Positions 47,499 to 56,025 of a stretch of 64,000 bases of DNA are shown piece by piece. Numbering within the stretch: position 1 is the stretch's first letter; each line of letters starts with the position of its first letter. Location of the stretch: contig MHSS01000015.1 of assembly GCA_001822835.1 (NCBI GenBank), positions 2,113 through 66,112 of the forward strand, written 5' to 3'. Both the position numbers and the translations under genes were made by a program. The notes below the pieces were generated by a model, which worked only from the letters and a program-made list of their open reading frames with translations, made no database searches and had not been told where the DNA came from. The DNA comes from Candidatus Terrybacteria bacterium RIFCSPHIGHO2_01_FULL_48_17 (GTDB taxonomy: Bacteria > Patescibacteriota > Minisyncoccia > Terrybacterales > 2-01-FULL-58-14).

Positions 47499-48070
47499 TT
47501 ATCTTGATGCGGAGGTTCGCAAATGAGCGGGTCCTGAATCTTTTTTGCAATCGAGCTAATAGAAATAAGCAATAAGAAAATTCCTGCGATGCCAAATTCC
47601 CCTCCCCCAAAAGGCAAGAGAGCAAGAAGTCCGCTCGCCCCGAGGGTTGCCAGCAAAGAAGTTAAAAGAACAGAACTACACGCCGCACAACCAACACCTA
47701 AAATGCCTGCGATCAGTCCGCCTATACCGGTTGCCGTCCCGCCTCCCACAAAAACGGTCCTGCGTTGCTTAAGATAATATAAGAACATTGCAACATTCAT
47801 TCCAAACAGTAAAGCAACAAGCACCGTGATTGCTGCTGAAAAAAGCGAAAAATTGGTCTGGATGGAGCCCAAAAGCGAAACAAGAAATCCTATTTTAGTC
47901 CCCACCGCAATGCGATTAGAGAATACTACTTGAGCAATAAGACGAAGGTTAGGAAGATATACGGCAAGCATAAAAAACACCGCCGCGATACCTAAAACAG
48001 CAAGCGCCAAAAGCTTGCTGCCAAAAACGAGTTTTAGTGCTGGAATAATAAATACTGTGGGGCCGCGCAT
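47495..48070 (-). CDS. Membrane protein with a CxxC motif (DsbA partner)
   Basis: Several TM helices and GVGCAAC; downstream of the DsbA-like gene. Confidence 0.7.
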   Translation of the reverse strand: MRGPTVFIIPALKLVFGSKLLALAVLGIAAVFFMLAVYLPNLRLIAQVVFSNRIAVGTKIGFLVSLLGSIQTNFSLFSAAITVLVALLFGMNVAMFLYYLKQRRTVFVGGGTATGIGGLIAGILGVGCAACSSVLLTSLLATLGASGLLALLPFGGGEFGIAGIFLLLISISSIAKKIQDPLICEPPHQDK

Positions 48071-48074
48071 AATC

Positions 48075-48794
48075 TCATTTCTCCCGGAGAGCAAGCTCAA
48101 TGATCGCTTTCAGCGAAGCATAGGGCTGCGCACCCGAAATGGGAAACATCTTGCCATTCGAGGCCATAACAAGAGTATAGGGAGTTCCGTCTCCTCCGGC
48201 ACTTAAGGCCTCGGCCAGATCTTCTGCAACACGCGAAGCATATTTGCCGCTTTCAAGGCATTGTATAAATGCATCCCGGTTAAGACCAATATCTTGAGCA
48301 ATTTGAGGAAGCTGTGCTAAGTCAAGTCCGTCGTTAGAAGGCGTCACTTCAAGGAGGCGATTAATATAGGCCCAAAATGCATCGTTCCCGCCAAGCTCAT
48401 CGGCGCATTCGCTTGCCTCTGCCTCTTTGGGGGCCTTGGAGTGGAGCGAGGTAAGTGGGAAGTGCCTGTATACCCATCGGGCCTTACCGGCATATTCGCC
48501 AAGCGCCCGTTGCAATGTCTGATGAAAACGCTTACAGAAAGGACACTCCAAATCAGAATATTCAATCACAGAAACCGTCGCACGAGCATCCCCTTTAATA
48601 TGATCTTTCGAAACGTCAATTGGCCGGATTCGAATTTCTCCCCCATCGCCTTGAATTTCTTCTCTTTGATCTAATGCCGCCATTTCCTCCTGTAAAAATG
48701 ATCCGCCGCTGAAATAAAAAGCCGCGGCGACAAGAGCGCCGGCGATAACAATGGATCCGGGAATAAAATAGGCATTGATAGTTTTTAAAAACAT
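48075..48794 (-). CDS. DsbA-family thiol-disulfide oxidoreductase
   Basis: EYSDLECPFC, YRHFPL, GTP and GAQP motifs. Confidence 0.9.
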   Translation of the reverse strand: MFLKTINAYFIPGSIVIAGALVAAAFYFSGGSFLQEEMAALDQREEIQGDGGEIRIRPIDVSKDHIKGDARATVSVIEYSDLECPFCKRFHQTLQRALGEYAGKARWVYRHFPLTSLHSKAPKEAEASECADELGGNDAFWAYINRLLEVTPSNDGLDLAQLPQIAQDIGLNRDAFIQCLESGKYASRVAEDLAEALSAGGDGTPYTLVMASNGKMFPISGAQPYASLKAIIELALREK

Positions 48795-48854
48795 AAAATA
48801 GTGCCGCAATGTAATATTTCTATTTGTACCATATACGACCTCAAGCAGCAAATA

Positions 48855-48883
48855 TAAAAAACCGCCGCAGAGGCGGTTTTTAT
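48855..48883. terminator. Intrinsic terminator
   Basis: TAAAAAACCGCC-GCAGA-GGCGGTTTTTA. Confidence 0.7.
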
Positions 48884-48914
48884 AATCAAAATTAGATCAC
48901 CAACCTATTCTTTC

Positions 48915-49478
48915 CTATTCAAGCTGCACCGAACCTTCAGCTCGGGTACCGCCTTTCATGAACACCTGATAGCGTGCTTGTATTTGATTTCCCAAAATGG
49001 TCCCGTTTACCTCCAAGCGGTCAATCCCCGGCGCTTCAACGCTCGGTGCATTCATGGTAAATTCTCCAGAAGGTTTAATGGATATAGTAAAGTCCCCAAA
49101 AAGGTCGTCGTGGTCAGAGAAATAAAGTTCTGCCGGGCCATATGTGCCAGCAAAGGTTTTGGGATCCGGATCAACTAAACCAAAAACCATCCCTCCCACA
49201 TCTACTGTAAACGAAGCGGCTCCATCAGGATTAACAATGATATTAGCCGAGATACCGCCTTTGGTGCTAAAAGTAGTATTTGTCCACGTTCCCTGCCGTT
49301 CTCCCGCAAAACTTGAGAATTGGTCATATCCTACCGCGGGTTGCAATAGAGGAGCTTCACTGGCGGGCTCTTGTTTTTTCGAGGAGCCGCCCCCACCCGC
49401 TAAAATGATGACCAAAATAAGAAGCGCCCCAGCGGCTATCGTAAAATACAATAAATTCTTTTTTGAGAAGTATTTCAT
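48915..49478 (-). CDS. Membrane-anchored beta-rich hypothetical protein
   Basis: N-terminal TM helix and a Gly/Thr-rich beta-strand pattern. Confidence 0.65.
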   Translation of the reverse strand: MKYFSKKNLLYFTIAAGALLILVIILAGGGGSSKKQEPASEAPLLQPAVGYDQFSSFAGERQGTWTNTTFSTKGGISANIIVNPDGAASFTVDVGGMVFGLVDPDPKTFAGTYGPAELYFSDHDDLFGDFTISIKPSGEFTMNAPSVEAPGIDRLEVNGTILGNQIQARYQVFMKGGTRAEGSVQLE

Positions 49479-49525
49479 ATATCTTTATTATATCGTAACA
49501 AGAAAAGGAAAGAAAGCTGTAAAGG

Positions 49526-49900
49526 TTAACTGGCAAGTTTATCTTTAATTTTTTGTACCACATCGTCAAGCTCCCAATCGCTTTTTACAAGATAGTCAGC
49601 CACACCGTATTCCGCTGCTTGGGCAATATTTTCAACGTCATCCAAATTGGTAAGTAATACCACGCGAGCGTTTTTCCCCCAATCATGCTCGCGCAACTTC
49701 TTAAGCATTGCCAAACCATCCATTTGGGGCATAAGGATATCAAGCAATATCAAATCCGGTTTATTTTTAATTGCAGCCCGCAAACCTTCAAAACCATTCT
49801 CCGCGCGCAATGCCTCATATCCCTCCTTTTCGAGCCGCATGATAAGCGACTGGGCGATTAGATCTTCGTCCTCAACAATAAGAATTTTTTGCTCTGGCAT
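49526..49900 (-). CDS. Single-domain response regulator (receiver)
   Basis: ILIVEDE, DLILLDILMPQMDG, LTN and YLVKS motifs. Confidence 0.92.
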   Translation of the reverse strand: MPEQKILIVEDEDLIAQSLIMRLEKEGYEALRAENGFEGLRAAIKNKPDLILLDILMPQMDGLAMLKKLREHDWGKNARVVLLTNLDDVENIAQAAEYGVADYLVKSDWELDDVVQKIKDKLAS

Positions 49901-50025
49901 AAGGTAAAGGTATAGAAAACAAAACGTATAGTCATTATAACACAGAAGCCCTAGTCAACACCATCTCATAAAGAAATGCTTTTCTGATTTCACAACCATT
50001 GTTGAGCCGGGTTTCTCAATGCGCC

Positions 50026-50958
50026 TTAACGCTCACCATCCAATCCATATAATCTAATAATAAGCTCTTCAACAGGAACTATCTTATAGCCGTCTTGCAA
50101 ATGGAAACGCGCCGCATCTTCAAACGCGGAAAGGTCGCTAGAACTCAAGTTATGAAACACCCATATTGCACCCGGGGCAGTATGTTTTGTGATACGCCCA
50201 AGAACGCCTTCCTTGCTGCTGCCACTGCGCCAACCTGTTGTGTCGCCAAAATCAGGGTATCCTTGAATAGAAATTTTCCCAAGCGTTCCAGCAAGGGTAG
50301 TGATGCGTTCGCCTCCCGCGTACTGGGGTTTTCGGAAAAGAAAGGGCGTAAAACCCGTTACGTCGCGAAAAATCCTATCTGTTTCTTCAATTTCGTAGCG
50401 TGCACGCTCGTCTGAAACATCTGCGAGATTGAGATGCGTTAACGTATGGTTTGCAATACTGTGCCCATCCCGAACGATACGCTGTGTTAGTTCCGGGTTT
50501 TCTACTACCCAGCAACCGGTAAGGAAAAAAGTAAGTGGGATTTTATAGTACGCGGCAATATCAAGAAGTTCGGTAATTCCATATGATCCGCCAGTACCCG
50601 TATCAATAGTAAACGCAACGGCACGAATATCGGGGCTTCCCTTCTCAAGTTCAAATGAGAGAGAAATAGTATCTTTAACTTTTTCTGTACGCTTTTCCAA
50701 AACAGCAATGTTATCGGCAAGATCGCTTCGCTTTTGCTGAATTTCTTCAGGAACAGAAATGTTGCTGCAAGGATTATTTGGTTCAGGAACTTCCGTAAGA
50801 AACGGGATATTAAGCGGCTCGGGAAGCGCCGATTCTTCGGTTTCCGATCGGACAGCTTGGCCCGATTCATCATGGGTATCAAAAGAAAAGGGGGCTCCCA
50901 TGAAAACCGCAAGCCCAAAAATGAAAAGCGCAGCAAGCAAAAGAAAAACGTATTTCAT
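50026..50958 (-). CDS. Polysaccharide deacetylase (CE4/NodB)
   Basis: AFTIDTG, TFFLTG, GHSIANHTLTH, FRKPQY and VFH motifs; N-terminal TM helix. Confidence 0.85.
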   Translation of the reverse strand: MKYVFLLLAALFIFGLAVFMGAPFSFDTHDESGQAVRSETEESALPEPLNIPFLTEVPEPNNPCSNISVPEEIQQKRSDLADNIAVLEKRTEKVKDTISLSFELEKGSPDIRAVAFTIDTGTGGSYGITELLDIAAYYKIPLTFFLTGCWVVENPELTQRIVRDGHSIANHTLTHLNLADVSDERARYEIEETDRIFRDVTGFTPFLFRKPQYAGGERITTLAGTLGKISIQGYPDFGDTTGWRSGSSKEGVLGRITKHTAPGAIWVFHNLSSSDLSAFEDAARFHLQDGYKIVPVEELIIRLYGLDGER

Positions 50959-51028
50959 AATTCGCTTGTCGTCATACCACAAAAAATTCCGCCTTCAGGA
51001 CGGAAGTTATTGAAAGTAATGCATACAC

Positions 51029-51154
51029 TTATTGTTCGGACTCGACTGAATGTGTGCGCTGCCATTGTTCCTCTATTTCTTCTTCTCCGCCCGTTTCTTG
51101 CCGTGCAACAAGCTCCCGTTCCTTTTCAATTATTTGACCGAATTCCCGTCGCAT
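51029..51154 (-). CDS. Putative 41-aa acidic small protein
   Basis: Hand translation MRREFGQIIEKERELVARQETGGEEEIEEQWQRTHSVESEQ; TGaTATAAT 7 nt before the ATG; below the ORF-track cut-off. Confidence 0.35.
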   Translation of the reverse strand: MRREFGQIIEKERELVARQETGGEEEIEEQWQRTHSVESEQ

Positions 51155-51183
51155 AATTTTTATTATATCATGCCCCCAAGACC

Positions 51184-51212
51184 TTGACAAAAGAAACGAG
51201 TACTAGTATACT
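51184..51212 (+). promoter_or_regulatory. Near-consensus sigma70 promoter
   Basis: TTGACA-17 bp-TATACT. Confidence 0.7.
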
Positions 51213-51250
51213 GCTTCTGATCTTTGAAATACGAACGGAGTAGAACACTG

Positions 51251-52666
51251 ATGCTCATCCTCGCAATCTTTGCTGTCTTAGTGGCGCTTGCCGCAGGACT
51301 TATCGTAAAGCTTGCGCTCGATTTTTTTAAAGTCCCCCTTGAAATCACATGGCTTGAATTTGCAGTAGCTTCATTCGTTATTGCGCTTGTGATCGTTCCA
51401 CTCACCACATGGGCGGGATGGACTATCGCCAAAAACAATAACCTTAGCTTTAACGAATACTGGAATGGCTATGAGCTGCGCGCTGACTGGGAACGCATTC
51501 CTTGCAGTCGCGATGGACCATGTGCCCGCGAGTACGATTGCGATCCCTGGATTCACATCCATACAGAAACCTATACCGATTCGGATGGTAACACGCATAC
51601 GCGAACCTATCCGCATACGCACTATCACTCATGCCCATATACCACCGAGGAATGGACCTTCGGCATTGATACGACCCTTGGATACTACACGATCGCAGAC
51701 CACTGGCTACCCACAGATCCAGATAGGCACCGTTGGCGCTTCAGTGTAAGCGTACCAAGCAAGTTGCCTTCGGGTATTCCCGAATTTTGGCAAGCTGCCA
51801 AAGCGCGTATTGATGCGGGAATACCAGGACCGGTTACGAAACGCATGAAATACGATAATTACATCCTTGCTTCCGACCAAACGATTCTTAAACAGTATAG
51901 CGATAAAATTGAATCGTATCGGAACGAGAAGTTATTGCCCGATGTTACGCATAACATTCGTGACTTTTACTACGCAGACAAGGTGCATTTTATTGGATAC
52001 GCGCCGACAGATCCTAGCGTCTGGCAAAATGCCCTTATGCGGTTAAACGCGGCGCTGGGCACGGAACTTCAAGGCGACCTGCATTTGGTAATTGCACAAC
52101 ATTCTACAATCAATCGCGGGCCCGATGCATACATAACGGCGCTCAAAGCATACTGGGCAAACTCTAAAATGTTTGGCGATGATGCCCTGAGCAAGAATGC
52201 AATTATTGTGGTAGTAGGCACGCAAGATGGAACAACGGTCGCGTGGGCGCGAGCACTCACCGGCATGCCTCTTGGCAATGAAACAATGCTGGTTGCGATA
52301 AAAAATAATCTTAAGGGGGTTCCCTTAACCCCAGAAAGCGTTATCGGAACAACAGAAGGCGAATTTTATACCAAGGAAGACCAAGAGGGCAACAAGAAAA
52401 CAAGGGTTCGCGGACGCCACGGCGATGGAGTGCTCGAACGGATATTGTGGGGATTGAGTGAGTCCGCAACGAAGTTTGAACGAGTTTCGATGACCGGAAC
52501 CGATGCCGATGATATAGGAGGAGGATTCCTCTATCTTGAGAGCGAAATTGAACCAACGTTCTGGCAAAAATTCTGGATCGTATTTGTCTGCTTCTGGCTT
52601 GCGGTTCCGGTATGGGGCGCTTTTGCGCTCATCGGACAACGCTATATCCACGGAAACCGATACTGA
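51251..52666 (+). CDS. Membrane protein of unknown function (N- and C-terminal TM helices, Cys/His-rich exported domain)
   Basis: Two N-terminal TM helices, CSRDGPC..YDCDP..HYHSCP, KNAIIVVVG, C-terminal TM helix. Confidence 0.75.
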   Translation: MLILAIFAVLVALAAGLIVKLALDFFKVPLEITWLEFAVASFVIALVIVPLTTWAGWTIAKNNNLSFNEYWNGYELRADWERIPCSRDGPCAREYDCDPWIHIHTETYTDSDGNTHTRTYPHTHYHSCPYTTEEWTFGIDTTLGYYTIADHWLPTDPDRHRWRFSVSVPSKLPSGIPEFWQAAKARIDAGIPGPVTKRMKYDNYILASDQTILKQYSDKIESYRNEKLLPDVTHNIRDFYYADKVHFIGYAPTDPSVWQNALMRLNAALGTELQGDLHLVIAQHSTINRGPDAYITALKAYWANSKMFGDDALSKNAIIVVVGTQDGTTVAWARALTGMPLGNETMLVAIKNNLKGVPLTPESVIGTTEGEFYTKEDQEGNKKTRVRGRHGDGVLERILWGLSESATKFERVSMTGTDADDIGGGFLYLESEIEPTFWQKFWIVFVCFWLAVPVWGAFALIGQRYIHGNRY

Positions 52667-52702
52667 ATCTAGAAAAAAGAAAAGGAGGAGGAACAGAAAA
52701 CC

Positions 52703-53356
52703 ATGAGTAACGGAATAAAAATAGGGCTTCTTGTCCTTGGTGCCGTACTGCTTTTTATCCTAGTCGGAGGATTCTCCTGCTATTCCTGGGTCAACGGCCT
52801 GCGCAACGACGGCATCACGAAAGAACGGGCGCTGTCTGCGCAATATCTTGACAACCAAAACCACCTTTCTGCCTTCATTTCCGGTTTCCATGAGCAAGTG
52901 GGCCTTGCAGAGGCCCAAAGCGACAAGGTCAACACTATCCTTGAGGACGCGGTAAAGGGCCGATACGAAGGACAGGGAGGCGGCTACACGGTCGACTCAC
53001 CCTTCTTCAATGCGATTTTTGAGGCGTACCCCGAGGCAAGCTTGGAGCAGCTCTTGGAAAACTGGGGCAAGATCCAGGATTACGTGGTGGCCCAGCGCGA
53101 AGGGTACCGGAATGTGCAAAGCAAGCTCTTGGACATGATCCGCGAATACGACACATGGCGCGAAACCGGTTTGGTGAAAAGCGCGATGGTGCGGAAGCTT
53201 GGGTTCCCGAGTTCCCGACTTGAGGCGCGCATCGGAGATACCGTAGTTACCGGAGAAGCGGCGCGCGAAAAGATGTTACAGATCGTGCTCACGAAGGCAG
53301 CGAAAGACGCCTATGAAAGTGGCGAAATGGAACCGCTCCAAGTTCCACAACGATAA
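52703..53356 (+). CDS. LemA-like membrane-anchored coiled-coil protein
   Basis: N-terminal TM helix and helical body with EAYP and ...IREYDTW...LGFP reminiscent of LemA; strong Shine-Dalgarno. Confidence 0.55.
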   Translation: MSNGIKIGLLVLGAVLLFILVGGFSCYSWVNGLRNDGITKERALSAQYLDNQNHLSAFISGFHEQVGLAEAQSDKVNTILEDAVKGRYEGQGGGYTVDSPFFNAIFEAYPEASLEQLLENWGKIQDYVVAQREGYRNVQSKLLDMIREYDTWRETGLVKSAMVRKLGFPSSRLEARIGDTVVTGEAAREKMLQIVLTKAAKDAYESGEMEPLQVPQR

Positions 53357-53360
53357 AAGT

Positions 53361-53392
53361 AAAACACCGGCCCAAAAGGTCGGTGGTTTTTT
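53361..53392. terminator. Bidirectional terminator
   Basis: AAAACACCGGCC-CAAAA-GGTCGGTGGTTTTT between the ORF and the convergent tRNA. Confidence 0.65.
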
Positions 53393-53394
53393 AT

Positions 53395-53472
53395 TGGCGC
53401 GGGTGACCGGATTTGAACCGGCGATCTCCTCCGTGACAGGGAGGCGTGTTAACCGGGCTACACCACACCCGC
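53395..53472 (-). tRNA. tRNA-Asp(GTC)
   Basis: GCGGGTG acceptor stem, CCTCC-CTGTCAC-GGAGG anticodon arm, GGTTCAAATCC T-arm, encoded CCA. Confidence 0.95.
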
Positions 53473-53513
53473 ACTATAATTACTGTAAAGTGTAAAACGA
53501 AAAGTGACAAGTG

Positions 53514-53960
53514 TTATAAAATGCGCTTGATTACTACAAGGTCCCTACGCAAAAGCCATTCAACAGCCGATGCGTCTTCAACCCTACCCCGCCCTTTTGG
53601 GTGCCACTTTGCATGAATGATTTTGCCTTCCCCGATATACATGGCAACATGACCAATACCCTCCGGAAACATAGGGCTGTAGCGTCCCTGTGTACCATGG
53701 AAGAAAAGAAGGTCGCCCAGCTCTAATCTCTTAAGTTTTTTGGGTACGCGACGACCCATGCCCGCCATCTTCAATGAGGGCCGTGGCAGATCAATGCCGA
53801 TTTTTCGGTAGACAAACTTGATAAAACTTGAGCAGTCGAATCGACTCGGGGCATGAGAAATTTTTGCACCATAGTAATAAGGACGGCCAAGATAACGTTT
53901 TGCTGAACGCACAAGCCGTTGGCGCAATTCTTCTTTTGTTTTTCGTTTCAAAGTGCTCAT
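53514..53960 (-). CDS. NlpC/P60 (C40) peptidoglycan peptidase
   Basis: YLGRPYYYG, FDCSSF, GDLLFF and HVAMYIGEGKIIHA motifs; no signal peptide. Confidence 0.92.
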   Translation of the reverse strand: MSTLKRKTKEELRQRLVRSAKRYLGRPYYYGAKISHAPSRFDCSSFIKFVYRKIGIDLPRPSLKMAGMGRRVPKKLKRLELGDLLFFHGTQGRYSPMFPEGIGHVAMYIGEGKIIHAKWHPKGRGRVEDASAVEWLLRRDLVVIKRIL

Positions 53961-54011
53961 ATTTCCTTCCTTTTCCAAAGCAAAAAACCAGCGCGGTTTA
54001 AATCTTTTCCA

Positions 54012-54105
54012 GCGAGTCCTCGACGCAAGTTTTCATCGGTCTGGCGGTGGGATCATTAACGCACATATCTATGAAGGCGTGAAAACTTGCGGCGCAGGAC
54101 GAGCG
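54012..54105. repeat. ~94-bp inverted-repeat element immediately 3' of tRNA(CAT)
   Basis: GTCCTCGACGCAAGTTTTCA ... TGAAAACTTGCGGCGCAGGAC. Confidence 0.7.
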
Positions 54106-54109
54106 ATTA

Positions 54110-54180
54110 TGCCTGGGGAGGGAATCGAACCCTCGTACTACGCTTATGAGACGTATGCTCTTCCATTGAGCTACCCAGGC
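54110..54180 (-). tRNA. tRNA with CAT anticodon (elongator Met or Ile2)
   Basis: GCCTGGG/CCCAGGC acceptor, TACGT-CTCATAA-GCGTA anticodon arm, GGTTCGATTCC T-arm; CCA not encoded. Confidence 0.9.
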
Positions 54181-54181
54181 G

Positions 54182-54919
54182 TTATATCTTTTTACACACC
54201 ACCATAAGATTTGTTACAGAACCGTCCGGGAAATCCCCTGCGGAAGGATCCCAACAAACCAACCCGCTTTTTTTAAAAAGATTCATCAGTTTTACCACGG
54301 GGGCAAAGCTCACATCATCAACTGCGCGGCTAAATACCGATGGGAATTGTTGGGCAGACCAAACTACCCCCCGAAGCGCGACGCGATACATTACGGTGCG
54401 CTGGAACCAATAAACGATATTTTGAAAAGCGCATAGTTGCAAAACTTGAAAGCCCTCACGGATAAAAATCTGATGGAGAGCACGCGGATCATAGCGTCGG
54501 TGATGCCCTACAAATTCATCCCATGGTGACCAATACGCCATGTGCGCCGGCACCGAACAAATAAAATAACCATTTGGCTTCAATATTCTTTTAATGTCGC
54601 GTATTGTCGCAACATCATCTTTTATATGCTCCAACACCTCAAAAGCTCCGACGAGATCGAAATTTTCGTCAGGAAACGGCAACGGATGCTGCGCGTCATG
54701 TACGACGGTTAAAGCCCCACGCTGTGCCAAGCGCCGAGCTGCATTTTCACTGGTATCCAAAAAGATGGTTCCTGAAAAAGGTAATTTAGGCCGGATGCCA
54801 GCGCCTATTTCAAGGCGTAATTGTCCTTCGCGAATATATCCTTCTAAGAGCTGCCACGCTGGCCATTGCGATGGCTCGGCAACGGCGGATACCGTATTCC
54901 AATATTGATCGTACTCCAT
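54182..54919 (-). CDS. Class I SAM-dependent methyltransferase (Methyltransf_11-like)
   Basis: LEIGAG, PFPDENFDLV..FEVLEHI, LKPNG and GHHRRY motifs. Confidence 0.88.
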   Translation of the reverse strand: MEYDQYWNTVSAVAEPSQWPAWQLLEGYIREGQLRLEIGAGIRPKLPFSGTIFLDTSENAARRLAQRGALTVVHDAQHPLPFPDENFDLVGAFEVLEHIKDDVATIRDIKRILKPNGYFICSVPAHMAYWSPWDEFVGHHRRYDPRALHQIFIREGFQVLQLCAFQNIVYWFQRTVMYRVALRGVVWSAQQFPSVFSRAVDDVSFAPVVKLMNLFKKSGLVCWDPSAGDFPDGSVTNLMVVCKKI

Positions 54920-54972
54920 GAAAACAAGCTTGCTTACTTATTACGCACGGGGCGGGGAATTACTATAACATC

Positions 54973-55271
54973 CTACGAGCAGAGCGAGTAGATGCCGTTA
55001 TGAGCATTCTGAACGGAGTGAAGGACTTCCTCATGGTAGCCCCTCGTCGCTACGTTCTCCCTCGCGTAACTCGGGACTTCCCCTTCGCTACGCTCAGGAC
55101 TTCGCTACGCTCAGCTTCGGTCGCTCGGGACGCTGAATTTGGCAACCGCGCTACGCGCGGGATTGGTGCCCCCTCGTCACTACGTTCCTCGGGACATTCA
55201 ATTCGGCAGCCCCTCGACAAACTCGGGACACTGAAATTTTCAGGTAGCCCCTCGCTTCGCTCGGGACACTC
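54973..55271. repeat. Array of degenerate REP-like palindromic units
   Basis: Six units ending CTC(G/A)GGAC at 55070, 55093, 55124, 55188, 55222 and 55260, mostly preceded by CCCTCG or CCTTCG. Confidence 0.8.
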
Positions 55272-55308
55272 AAAATTGCAGCCACGCTTCGCATGGGCAA
55301 TTTTGGTG

Positions 55309-55378
55309 TTGCGGGGGCGGGAATCGAACCCGCTTAGTTGGCTTATGAGACCAACAAGATACCAACCTGCCCCCCGCG
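55309..55378 (-). tRNA. tRNA-Met(CAT), initiator-like and atypical
   Basis: CGCGGGG/CCCCGCA acceptor with a C1:A72 mismatch, TTGGT-CTCATAA-GCCAA anticodon arm, GGTTCGATTCC T-arm. Confidence 0.82.
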
Positions 55379-55442
55379 ATGAAAAAGCACCCCCAGGATG
55401 CCTTGATACTATAGCGGAAAAGTCCGGACTATTCAAGCGGAA

Positions 55443-56015
55443 CTATTCCTGTATTATCTGCATTTCCTTAAGGAACGTTTCGTAGTTTAAAATGGCCTGT
55501 TTGGCTTCGTATTCGGAAAGGTAAAATTGAGGATCGTGCACGATGGTATTACGTGTTTTGTGAGCCGCTTGCAATTGCTCTAAAGATGACAGCTGGGCCG
55601 GCTTAATGTTGCCCAGACGCTCCCCCATGGTTTCTCCTAAATGTCCCATGCGGCGCAAAATTGTGTCGCAAAGCTTATCTGCTTCGATAACCGCTAGTTT
55701 CCATTCAGCTTCCGAGCCCTTTTCTAAACGATTCTTGATGCGGGACCAATGTTTAGCAAGACGCGTTGGCTCAACCGGTGCCGTCCGCATGGCTTCACCC
55801 AAGCGCTCCAAGGGACTTGCCCCCATAAGTTTGGAGATACGAAAACTCAAATACACGATCGCGACAAACGCAAGTAAGGAAACAACGCCTGATGTGATTT
55901 TCAACGCCAAGAGTAATTGCGCCGGAAGGGCCTGGCCAAAGACAGGAACCAACGCGCCATTGCCCTTTTTGATAAGGAGGGCGACCTGATTTAAAAGTTC
56001 TAATACAATATCCAT
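55443..56015 (-). CDS. Conserved hypothetical membrane-anchored protein
   Basis: One TM helix; LAVIEADKL, GETMGERL and AHKTRNTIVHD (HEPN-like Rx4H) motifs; follows gatA. Confidence 0.75.
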   Translation of the reverse strand: MDIVLELLNQVALLIKKGNGALVPVFGQALPAQLLLALKITSGVVSLLAFVAIVYLSFRISKLMGASPLERLGEAMRTAPVEPTRLAKHWSRIKNRLEKGSEAEWKLAVIEADKLCDTILRRMGHLGETMGERLGNIKPAQLSSLEQLQAAHKTRNTIVHDPQFYLSEYEAKQAILNYETFLKEMQIIQE

Positions 56016-56025
56016 AAACAATTCA

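Noticed and set aside
51184-53472. Prophage or integrative element at tRNA-Asp
   Set aside because: No integrase, no structural phage genes and no visible duplicated tRNA 3' end (att site)
54012-54105. 6S RNA or riboswitch
   Set aside because: Too short for 6S and no recognisable aptamer consensus; kept only as an inverted-repeat element
54973-55271. CRISPR array
   Set aside because: Units are degenerate and share only about 8-14 bp, spacing is irregular (23-64 bp), and no cas genes are in the window
55000-55485. ORFs 55000..55485(+) and 55050..55436(-)
   Set aside because: They run through the palindrome array and a tRNA; the SLRS/ERSE-type peptides are translation artefacts of the repeats
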